A stretch of DNA of 60,422 bases, filler included, from Sphacelaria rigidula (Eukaryota), in NCBI GenBank assembly GCA_964200075.2. It is 5 parts of 5 records of this genome, joined end to end, with 100 filler letters (N's around TTAATTAATTAA, not from the genome) between each part and the next. Parts side by side here need not be neighbours in the genome. Positions count along the whole stretch, not along the records: positions 36,317 to 48,319 come from CAXNAA020004243.1; positions 48,420 to 60,422 come from CAXNAA020004244.1; 3 more parts are not named here. One strand, 5' to 3'. A program made the position numbers and the translations under genes. Below, piece by piece: positions 45,978 to 57,249 of the stretch (position 1 is its first letter; each line of letters begins with the position of its first letter). The notes below the pieces were generated by a model, which was not told the origin of the DNA, made no database searches, and was given only the letters and a program-made list of their open reading frames with translations.

Positions 45978-48900
45978 TTAAATCGGTATCAATTGCACTT
46001 GAAAAAAGCATACATGATCCAGGTGGGGACTGCCCTCGCGGTCTGAGAGTTACAAAATCCGGATCTTTGCCGAAGTTGTGTTCCCGACGTGCTCCCAGGC
46101 GTGTGCAAAACAATGCGTGTTCATGTGGGGCGCCGATTTGAGGTCTGGCAACGCATACTTCGCCCAGGGAACACTTTGCCCCCCCTCGCCCGAGAGTTCT
46201 CGGTGTGCCTTCGTTGAAGTTAGGGTGAGGATTCTAGTGTTTTTGTGGTGGTTTTATTTCCGAGGATTCTGTCATCCTCCCAACTGGTGAACTAACCTCG
46301 ACGCTGGAAGGATGAAATGATGAGCCGTTCTTTCATATGTGCAGTTCAGCCAATTTGGAAAAAATAAATAAATCATGATGCACCCGCAGACCCGACAGCA
46401 AGGGGGACATCATACGTTGGTGGCAGCACGTAAGGACGATCATTTCAGGGCAAAACTCGTGAAGTCGGACCACGCATTAGACTGGTCATGTGACATCGCT
46501 GCACCCACCTCGTCTTTTTGGTTAGAGGCTCCCACGAGGGCGGGCCGAAGGTCGTGAGTTTGGACCCTGAGCGATACATGTGGTTTTGCAGAATCTGGTT
46601 CCCTACTTGACGTCATATATATATAATGCACTATACATTTTATTTTATTTTTTACGGCAGGGTGTGCATCAGCAGGCTGGTCTGCATCCACAGAGACAGG
46701 CTCATTATATAAGGATAATTCGGAACTGAAAAAAAGTATTTTGTGTGCTGACTGATTGATCGATTGAGTGTCATACTTTACCTGACCCCCCCGTAGACGT
46801 ACCCGAGGAAAAACAAGGCAACGAGTGTTTGAATGTCCGAGTTTGGGCTGGCCTAGCGCGTACAGTAATGGACTACCCATGTACTGCTATCATGTGCAGT
46901 CCTACCTGCAGAGCATCGGAGAGCACTGGTTATGCGTGGTAATATCATGCGACTCGTACTGTAGTCTCTGAAACTTTTCATAGCGAGCGTAGGTAATCTG
47001 TGCCATAGATTCATTTTTCCGTGAAGGGCCGACAGATGGGGGCAAGAAATATGGGTGGCGAGGTTTTTCGATCATTTAAAGCCTTCCACTGTACGAAAAT
47101 GCGGCGGCCTTCATCGACCAGATGAGAGACACGAATGGAATATGAGAGACAACATAGCTTTGATTGGTCCACACATTACTACCATTCATCACTGAGTATA
47201 CGGGAGCGATCCGTGCTGGCTCAGTTTGTTTGCTCCAACCTGCGCGCACCCGCCGTAAGTGCCTTCCCCCATCACAGCAACCGACTACATCTGGAGTACA
47301 AAACAAGACGCAACAGACAGCTAGCTGCACAGCCGTCAAGTGATTGTGTCTTTTGTATAGACATTACTTTGATTCCATCGCAATTCCGTGTAGACCTTGA
47401 CACCGCATGCAGCAGTACGATTGTTCAGGCACTTCCCAGCACACATCACACCGTGTTCGTAGGGTGTTCAAATTCACAACAGCACAGCGACCACCAAGCA
47501 TAGAAATGATACGGTGTGGGAAGCGCCTTCTTCGTTTGACGGAAGTCGGGAAACAGCCATTACAGCATGAAGGTTTCAACAGTATGTTGTAGACACCACC
47601 GCGTGCCGACTGACATGACTTTCTTCAGAGACGAACACATTGACAACACATCACCAGCGGAGACCGAATCGTCTTCGCAAAGGTCTCAACACCCCACAGC
47701 GCAGTGACAGCTACAGCACACGAGGGGAGAGGGCATACGGGTGCTTGTGCTGCAGCACAGAGATACAGGACATGTCTCACATGATAGTTCTTCCCCAAAT
47801 TTTTAGAATTCCAGAAGCAAACTGTGCTCCGTCTCGAAAGGGATGCGTGGTCAGTGGTCAAACGACTAAGGCAAGGAACAAATGAGTACGCCTCCCTGAT
47901 TTCAGACGGGTCCTCAATTTTTGCCTAGAGCCGGGATTTTCAAACGCTCGGCCATGATCGCACTTCGCGCGAGAATATTTCAATCCCCTCTGCGTTACCC
48001 TTATCAGTGGGAAGGAGGTGAGCCCATTTTTCATGCGGAAGTGATCGATCACGAGGCAGCTTATAACTAGCGCTGATGGTGAAGGGACTAAACCTCTCAC
48101 CGCCAGCACACGTCATCTAGTTCATGCAGTAAGTTTTCAAGTGGACGCGATACAAAGTCAACACATGATCTCTGCCTACCGCGGTCAAGGGTTTGAGAAA
48201 CGACATGTTTCTCTTCGAGTGGATTAGCAAAGCGGCAACCGCTGGGGGGGGGGGGGGGGGGGGAGGCGCCCCCCCCGAACCCCCGGTTCGGCGGGGTGGC
48301 GGGGCGCTTGGCCGAAAAANNNNNNNNNNNNNNNNNNNNNNNNNNNNNNNNNNNNNNNNNNNNTTAATTAATTAANNNNNNNNNNNNNNNNNNNNNNNNN
48401 NNNNNNNNNNNNNNNNNNNGGCTCAATATTTCGAGCAACAAATGGCCCAAAATACCCCCCCCCCCCTATCGTAGGATGACTCAAACCCCCGTCCCGTACA
48501 GCGCAAAAAGCTTACGGCATCACTTTGCTGTACTACCATTTCTGTCGTGATGACAGGCGCTTCTGTCTTGTACTTCGTCTCTTGTATTAATTTACCCTTT
48601 TTACAGTCGCTCGCTGCTCGGACAATGGTGTCGGCTGCCCCCTACGGGAGGCGGATGCCATTAATTCGATGGTGGGAGTGAAGCACCTGTGTACGCGCAG
48701 AGACTAATGACACGCGATGGACACTAAGTCACTCAATCAGTGGTGACTGAGTAGTTCAGTGGTTATTGTGCCATCTCAACAAGGAAAAACTATATTTGTT
48801 TTTCTTATCATTATTCTTCATTTTCCCGCACATCAGCTCGATTGCTCGAATCCGCGGTCACAGACGTACGCTCGCCTGTTCAGTACCAGCATTGCTACTG

Positions 48901-49303
48901 TTCCATGTAGAGATAGAAGTGCTCACTGAGCGGCTTTTTCGAGACCCCGAAAGCAAAGCAAAAAAAAAAATAGAACATAAGAGAGAGGGCGAGACGTAAA
49001 CAAAAGAGCAGAGTGGTAGCCTCCTCCCGAGTTGGTTGAGGTGTGGTCAAACAAACTGATCAGATCTGCCAAGCAAGACTCAAACAGCACTCCCAGGTTT
49101 CCACGGAGAAAAACGCCAACGTTCCCAGGAAGACGGCGAACGCACAAGCGGGGTTGCTACGTGATGGGCTACCCTTACGTTTTCGGTGACCTTCGATTAA
49201 CACAGAGGGGACTCTAGTGATAACACAGCAAAAAGTTCATTTATACGGTGCAGTTTGGTCCAAGCTGTCATGTATATGGCATATCTTCCTCCTCGATCCG
49301 GGG

Positions 49304-49930
49304 CTACTCGCGAACATCTTGGGCGATCTGCGTCCATGAAGTTGCATCTGTTCCGAAGTCGAGGGTAGTACTCGGTGGCACCGTGTTGTGGGTGTTTCGC
49401 GGTCGGCCTGATGTCGTCTTCCCTCCGACTAACAGTTCACGCATGACGAGGTTCGGGAGGCTTTCGTCGCGCATGCGCACAACGCGGCCGGCGTATGGGA
49501 GGATTCGCCGCATCACGGTAGCCTCGATGCACTCGCAACCAGTCCTTTCGAGAATCTCGCGGTATGGCAGCATGTGGTTGTCGGAAGCGCTGTGGGTTGA
49601 GGCATGCTTCTTGAGACACCAACACAGGAGTCCGCGGTGGTCTTCCTGCAGCGTACCGAAGTTAATGGGAGCGATCGCCCAGGTCACGCAGCCGTATAGC
49701 ATGACCTCAATCACTCCTTCAGGAAACGGATATGTCTGCCAAGGGGATGTGCGGATTGTCGTAAACCGCTCTGCTGTACTTGGCGAAGCACGTCCAGACT
49801 TGACCCCTGGGGCGGTTGACCTCGAGGGGGACATCGCCGATGCTGTTGATGGGACGCTCAGAGAGACGAAATACTCGATATCTTTGTTCCTTCGGCCTAA
49901 CACCTACACGTCGGTCCCATCCGCCTTCCG
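49304..49930 (-). mobile_element. RTE-like LINE 3' fragment (RT C-terminal region), decayed
   Basis: LEVNRPRGQVWTCFAKY..VYD, EVMLYGCVTW, IEATVMRRILPYAGRVVRM..ESLP..VM....GRPR are typical RTE-clade C-terminal motifs. Confidence 0.75.
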
Positions 49931-49964
49931 AAAGGGCACGTGCATGATTTCCGTCTCTGTTTTC

Positions 49965-50330
49965 GCGCAACCTGGACGCTCGCGCCCGATGATTTCGGCC
50001 CGTTGCGGAAAGCCCACCGCGGGCTTCTGCTGAAGAGCCTCAATGAGTACTTTTCAACCCGCAGCAGCCTCGAAACCACATGTTGTCACAGCGTGAGGTC
50101 CTCGAGAGGACTAGCTTCGATCGCATCGAGGCTACCGTGATGAGGAAACGTCCTCCAACATGCCGGCCCGGCCGCGTCGCGCGTATGCACGAGCAGCGCC
50201 TCCCCAACATCGCCATAGGTGGAGTATTGACCTCAGGGGAAACGTAGCCCGGCCAACCCGCGGAGCGCTTGCAACACCGTGTCCCTGAGTACCGTACCAC
50301 CTTCGGAATAGATGTCACCTTATGGAGACA
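49965..50330 (+). mobile_element. Second RTE-like LINE 3' fragment in opposite orientation
   Basis: ATWTLAPDDFGPLRKAHRGLLL, then ATCGAGGCTACCGTGATG and GCCGCGTCGCGCGTATGCACGA, homologous to the minus-strand copy. Confidence 0.7.
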
Positions 50331-50839
50331 GATCAATCACCCAAGATGCTTCCACGTTGTACCTGGTCGTAAAGGAAATGCCCTAAGAAGTACAAGGCAG
50401 GTTGAAACGTTTTGCCGTGTTACCATTAGAGTTCCATCCCTGCCTATAGAAGATCGACGATAACGAGCAACCCATCACGTCCTATACTCGCCAGTAATTC
50501 CTCTATTATCTTCATGGAAACTTTGGTAATTTTTCTCCGTGAGTACCTGAAGATATTGTTTGACTCTCACTTGGTATCCGTATAGCTTAGGCTGTCGGCA
50601 TACCTGATTTGTTTGTTTTGCCACACCCCGACAGGCTCGGGCGGAGGCTCATTTCTCTCCTGTTTGCCTGACGCCTCTCTCTCATTGTTATAAAGTTTCA
50701 TTTTTCGTTTTGGTTTTTAGTCTCAGGAGAAACCGCTCAACGGGCGCTTCTATCTCATTCAAGGAATAGGAGCGACAGTACTGGAAAAGCAAGCCTTCAT
50801 CTGCGACTACAAGTTCGAAAGGTCGGGCTGATGTGCGGA

Positions 50840-50950
50840 AAATAGCTGTAGTGATAACAACTCCTCCACGACGAGACCGAATGCCGCACAGACTTCGACA
50901 ATAGCCGTCATCCTATGTGCCAGCCTCAGTTGAGATCGTGAACAGCATGT
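50840..50950 (-). pseudogene. Short LINE RT fragment
   Basis: SRSQLRLAHRMTAIVEVCAAFGLVV resembles the RT segment following YADD in RTE-like LINEs. Confidence 0.5.
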
Positions 50951-51792
50951 CCCAACGGACTTTGCGAAGCCTGTCCCTGGTCCTCCGCCCCTTGCAGCGA
51001 TGCGAGTGAAGCCACCCGCCACCGCTTTATTGGTCGAGAGGCAATCCAACGTTACTGGCAGAGTCGCCGCGAAGAAGGCACTGCACAAATGGGGGGAGAG
51101 CCGTAGGGGAGGCGCTGGTTACCGCCAAAACATTAAAACGTCTCGCCGCTCCCGATGCGCACGCCAGCCCGTGTGCTGCCGTGGAAATGGCGGATATCGG
51201 ATATCATCTTGGCGGAGACGCCGTATCGCGCCAGCACCTTCTAGAAAAGGGAGCGGTCGACTGAGAACTAATGCCGAGATAGCCCCCCCACAAAATGTGC
51301 ACCGGAGACCGTCCGACAAACGGGCTGCAATCCCACTATTGGGCTCGTTTGCAGCAATTTCGCCCACATGCGAGAGGCGTGTAGCACTTCGACGTAAGCT
51401 ATAACGCCCAAATGAGTCGCGTCATGCACCACGAAACCAGTTCTAACGGCATTAAAGATTATTGCTTCCACGCACGTTTTTGGCCGGTTCGGGGGGGGGG
51501 CTATCTCGGCAGCCGTCTGAGTCGTATGCCTTCTGGAGGTCGATGAAGCACACGTATAGCGGAATAGTCTGCTCTCTGATCAATTATTGGTGTCTGCGCA
51601 AGACGTACATCACGTTGTCGAGGGTCGACCGGCCGAGTCGGGAATCGCACCGAGCTTCTTTTAGGATTCCCTTACAATCGAAGTAGGCGCTGGGGCGAAT
51701 CCAGTTATCTTGAGAACCACTTTTTGTCCCACGTGGAACCCTAACGAGATACCACGGTGTGATGTGATAGGGGTGAAGCACCTTGAGAAGGG

Positions 51793-52179
51793 TGTAATGG
51801 TGTTCACCACGATTGTTCCAGGTTCAGACCTCTGTGTGCGTTGTTTGTTTACTCAGCTCAGCAGCGCAGGCTGACCACAGTCGCTCTCGTGTTGCATCCC
51901 CACAAGGAGACAACAAGCAAATAATACAGTCCAGAATAGCACTTTTATCACGCAATTGATTGCATCCAACTTCATCTACAGACAGGGAGATACAACACAA
52001 ACCGGAACAAGCCGAAACCTAAATCAATAAAACACACCAGACAAAACAGCAGCCCGACTACTGCTCTTATCTCTGGGACTCACTTTCTCACGGTTTGTAG
52101 ATACTCCACTGGGGAACTGTTGAATCGCAGCCAAAAACCGGGAATGAAAAGAGAGTGACGGTCGTAGGGGCTGTTTACA
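51793..52179 (-). repeat. Candidate 3' LTR of the gypsy element
   Basis: Bounded by the inverted pentamer TGTAA...TTACA; G-rich tract (plus strand CGCCGCCCCCTAACC) about 15 nt upstream on the minus strand. No second LTR in the window to confirm. Confidence 0.3.
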
Positions 52180-54386
52180 GCTTCAAACGTGTTTCGCCGC
52201 CCCCTAACCTTCATAAACTGAGGTCATACCATAAAATCCAAGAGCCGGGCTCCTCAATTCATGCCATTGTTGGGTCACTCCCTTTTTTTCGAATTCAATT
52301 ACATGCTCTCCGTAGACGTCAACTCAAGGGGCAGCCAATTCCCCGCTATTTGAATATGAAAATGTCCATCATTCAATGCCGCCTTTGCCCAAGATCATGG
52401 CTACGTCCTGCAGTCACATCATATCACACTAGCCTCCAATGGGTAAAGCAATCGCAGGAGAACGCAGTGAAACGAGGTTGCTTTACCCACACATTCCATT
52501 CCCCCATACCACAGAAGAAATAAAAAAAGCAAAACAATATACCACAATAAAAAGAAAATGTGAGACACGTTAAGGGGGGAGTACTGTGACGGGGACTTAG
52601 AGGGCGACACGATATATTGAAAAAACAAATCCGAAGGGTGTAAAAAACCCAAGAATCGACAACCCTCGAAAAAATAACGCCGCAAGCTACGAAGTATCCG
52701 GGAATCCAGGACAAATCCACCAAAAATAAAAGCTGAAGCAGCGAAAAAACAAGCCGGTAGTCCATCCGCTACAAAACCTTGAACATAATGCTTGACTGCT
52801 ATCATGCGAAGGGGAAATGATGTCTCAATACCCGTCCAGTTCCGCTGTGAGTTTTTTTTTATTTTTTCTTCAAGCAGCCCGCCAAGGCGTTTCACAGTAC
52901 CGGTGAAGCACAAACGACCGTACACTTCGTTCATCAGTACAACGCAGCGGTGTTGAATGCTCAAGCGGGAAAAGAAAATCGCTGAGCGAAAGACACCGGA
53001 AACCAAAATCAACATGCAGCCGTGAGGCAACATGAGGCGCCAACGTGACGAAGGGCGGCCCATCGAATTGAAAAGGTGCCTGTATCGTCACACAAAGCGT
53101 CAACGAATAACACACAACCGTAGGAGATAAATCCAAGGCGGGTAATCCGATGCGTTCGTGGTGAACCGCGACAAGTATACAGAAAGAGGGGCCAATGCGG
53201 TCTGCTCTTAATACTTGCCCGTTTAGACAAGAAAATCGAGATGATGTGCATACAAACGGAAGGATGAACTCCCGCCGAGCACATCAATGCGACAATTCGC
53301 CAGCAATAACCCTACAACAAAAACAAACCACCGTACTGATTTCCGAAGCGGCGGACCGGATGTACGACCTCGAGACTGCGAAAAACAAAACGATTTGTGG
53401 CGGACTGTATGGGTGGAATATAGCCGAGCAACGGAACTGTACATACTCCAAGAGAAAAGTAATATCCCCGAACATTGGACAACTGATACAGCGAGCGAGT
53501 ACAAAGAATTTGCGACGGTACTCAAGAAGAGGGCTCGTTGGACGTGCAACACATAAGCCGGTCATCGAAAGCCAACGTGAATCCAACGGTATTAAGCTGT
53601 CAAAAAACAAAACACAAAACACAAAACAAAGAAAAACCTAGGGGGAAAACGAATAACAGGGTACGCCGAAAGAACCAGTCCGTTGGGGAGGTTGATGGCG
53701 TACGTTGTTGGGCAATCGCACACACCGGGTATTTGCCCCGGAAAGGGGTTGATACGGGGCGTGCTGAAGAATACCAACGGTGTGCGTTGGCCGCTTCCGA
53801 ATACAAAAAAAACAAAACAAAGACAGAAACAAGGAAAACAGGTGACCATGGAAGGGAAGAAGAAGGGGAAACAGGACATAACAAAAAAATACAAAAAATA
53901 CAAAAAACAAAAAAAATACAAAAAACAAAAATAACAAAAAACAAGAAGAGCTAGCGAAACCAAGGAGGGGAGAACACAAAAGCTTCATACAGGAACAGGC
54001 ATACGCGGCAACGGTGCAGTACAGAACCTAGACAGACGCGGCTACTGGGTACTGCCGAGGGAAACGTGGGCAACCGGGTTACACGGTGTTCAAGGAAACG
54101 AGACCACGAGAGGACAAGGGGAAGCAGGGCGAATTATTAAAAAAACAAAAAACACGACGAGACCAAGGGGACTACGATTGGCGGTAAGCAAAAACGCAGA
54201 CAACCGACTCACAACGGTACTCGAGAAAACGACACCAACGACAAGACAAAAAAAGGGGGGGGGGGGATTTCAAAGAACACGAATACAATCGGAAGGAACA
54301 CAATTCGCTATCAAGATTATTCCGTGTCCCACGCCGTGTTGGGGTTGCGCAAGACAGCTGTGTCGATGTCCCCATTTGTCGTGTCG

Positions 54387-54584
54387 TTGTAGGCACCAAG
54401 ATCCTCGGCGAGCGGTCGGCATCTCGGTGTAGTAATCGTCGTGGAGACGGATCTTGAGAGGATCCGGATCATCGAGGAAGCGGATGTAGTAGGAATCGTC
54501 CGCCTCAGGATCCATCAAATGAATTTTCCCCAGCCACCACCGCGAATCCATAGCCCTGTACCAAAAATATGCACCTTTCGGCAA
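54387..54584 (-). other. Tudor/Agenet-like aromatic beta-barrel domain downstream of the chromodomain
   Basis: LPKGAYFWYRAMDSRWWLGKIHLMDPEADDSYYIRFLDDPDPLKI resembles the G..vwa....g.Ww.g.I.......y.V.F.Dd pattern; same frame as the chromodomain. Confidence 0.5.
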
Positions 54585-54748
54585 ACGTTTCTTCGAAAAA
54601 GAGCGCAGGTATTGCAAACGAGAAATGAGACTATAGCCCGAAATGACATATCGTGCCGAGTGTTCTCGGGCCAGTTCACGAGCTGCTGCGCCTTTTCGCA
54701 TAGACCTACATCGTTTGTTCAACGGGCGTTATTGGACGACATCTCCGA

Positions 54749-54906
54749 CCCAATATAAACGTACCTCTCTTCGAAAATGACGTAAATCCTGCTCCCGTTC
54801 CCACGTAACACGCATGAGGCCTTTCCAGTGAGTCTGCTACATAACCGCAATTTTACCGCCTCGACATCGGACTAATTGATGGCCCGAGATGCGATCTACC
54901 ACTACA
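54749..54906 (-). other. Chromodomain at the integrase C-terminus (one in-frame stop)
   Basis: VVVDRISGHQLVRCRGGKIAVM*QTHWKGLMRVTWEREQDLRHFRREVRLYW fits VerIl.hr...Y.vkWkG...TWEpe.nL. Confidence 0.75.
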
Positions 54907-55149
54907 CGTTTAAAATGACCGTCAGCGTCTTCAACCGTCATGTGGTACGGTGGGGATTTCGCCGCATACCTGGTTAGCACATACTGACTGAGCCCCATCG
55001 GCAATTGCTTGGGCATATCACCAGTGTCGTGAGGGGGCAGACACGGCTTGCACCGAAGCATCGAGACCCGGGTTTTGGATCTTACGCTAGGTTCATCCGT
55101 GGGGAAATACAAATACAAAAGCTTCTCACCTACTGGTTTATCGTCAGGT

Positions 55150-56230
55150 GCGGTATCACAGGGCCCAACTGCCAAACTCTTCCAAGGACCAGTTCAATTC
55201 AAGAAAAGCTTCGACTTCAACACCTTATCCAACGACGACTTAGCAGAGCTTGCACCTTGGGTTACAGCTCTCACATCGTTATACACCCATGCCTATTCAC
55301 CTACTTTCCACACCGGGCGGTTGTTCACTGCATCATCCAACACGCTGTTTGCCTTAGCTACCTTTGCTGCGTTGACCAAGTTCTGCTCCCGTACCACCTC
55401 ACATGCAAGACGAAGACGATTACTAACAGACATATGATACTCCACAATATCCCGATCCAAACTCTGATGACCACCAGGGGGTTTCCTGTCGAACCCTGTC
55501 AATGGCAACTTGGGCATACGACCAATATGAACTTCATTGGGAGCCAAGCCTGTGGCAGTATTGACGGAGTTGTTGTAGTTCATTTGGACAAGGGGTAAGT
55601 GCAGGTCCCAGTCCGTTTGTCGCTCAATGGTCACTGTGGCAAGCATTTGCGCCATCGTGTGATTAACTCGTTCGGTCCCACCGTTTGTGGACGGATGGTA
55701 TGAACAAGTAAAAATACGATGGGCACCCAGGAGATTACTGATCGCGGCAGAAAGTTTGCCGTCAAAATGTGGGCCGTTATCGGATAACAATCGTTTGAGG
55801 ACACCCCACTGAGGGATATATGTGTACACAAGGACGTTGGCAGTCCCTTCTGCGCAAAAGTTGGCCTCCGAAACAGCATTCATCACAGCATGTCGACTGA
55901 ACCGATCCGTAAACAACAAAATGTACTTGTTACCACTATCAGTGAGGGGCAGGGGGCCAAAGTAGTCCCGTGAAACTATTCCACCAGGCCCATTGGGAAA
56001 GGGCATAGAGATTACCGGCCATCTAACTGTTTGACGCAAAATTTTGCGTGCCTGGCATAGAAGACACCGCCGAACCCACCAACGCACACATTGGTCCATA
56101 CAAATCCACCAAAAGAAACGCTAAAGCATCTGGGATGTCCTAGCGACGCCCAGATGTGTGGATGCTTGTGAGTGGCATTCATGGAGAACCGATGGACGCA
56201 GAAGCATCGGAATATAAATACGTACGGGGG
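55150..56230 (-). pseudogene. Gypsy integrase (zinc-binding region and DDE core)
   Basis: CLLCQARK, DYFGPLP, TDRFSR, SDNGPHF, YHPSTNGGTERVN, NNSVNTATGLAP. Confidence 0.95.
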
Positions 56231-57249
56231 TATCACCCAACAAACGGGCGTGACTACTTGTAGGTTCCCTCCAGGAGGTTTCGTGGGGGGCCGGTGAACT
56301 AAAAGAACAACGCCATCATCATTCGTATAAAGCATGCCTTTACGCGATAATTCAGTAACCTCATCCTGTGTGGGGGCTCGGTGGAGCCCTACTGGCAAAA
56401 GGAACTCAGTTTCTGGAAAGGGGGAGGGGCACCCTTTGGGTAGATAATGTATAGCTGCTCTACAAGCAGGTTCAGCTTGCTGTTCCCGGGCCCAATCGGC
56501 GTGAGAAAAGAGGGTTAGTTCCTTGAATAGACTGTCGGAGGGGTTGTCCAGAACGCAGGGGATCATATCGCTGTGGGATGGACACGAGGCGTTATTTGGA
56601 TCAAGGTCAGAAGGGGTGGTCAGTGTATTCTCAAACGGAACGTTCACCTCTATTCCTACGTTGTGGAGGGTGTCGGATGGTGTGGTACCGGAGGTGGTAC
56701 CATCAATGGGTGGAGGAGGCACAGTCGAGGTCTCGACTATGGTGGGCAGAGGTGGTTTGGAAGGTGTCGATTTTCTGGGAGCTTTGCGCCGTGGAGGTAG
56801 CGGGAGCGCAAGGAGGCTATCGGGGACTGGAATGGGGTTGGGGATTGGGAGGTCTGGGCCGGCTGCTGCCAGGGCGGCAGCCGTTTCTGCGGCCCGGCGT
56901 TCTCGGGTCCGGCTCGAGATGAGATCTCGGACTTGAACCGGGAGGACGCAGTCAGTAGAAACCGGCCCTACAGTGCAAACCATCCGATGACCAGACACAC
57001 GAAATTGATCATACCCGCCGGCAGTTGCACGAATTTCACCCCTAACTGAACACAACGATCGTGGGGCCACACTGTCCAATACAGAAGCGTGAGCCGAAGG
57101 CGTCAGCTTATTTTCAACAAGTGCCGAGTTGTGGTTCAGTGAGAGTGGAGTACAGAGTCCGCGATGACCATTTGTGCTTATGAAATATACAATGTCTTCG
57201 GTGGGGTCTGTGATGCGACCCAAGGCGGAGTTGTCGATGGGTTGGGCCG

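Noticed and set aside
52419-53988. Hydrophobic Phe-rich or Lys-rich ORFs as a possible env gene
   Set aside because: They arise from A/T-skewed low-complexity sequence, open in several frames at once, with no signal peptide or fusion-protein features.
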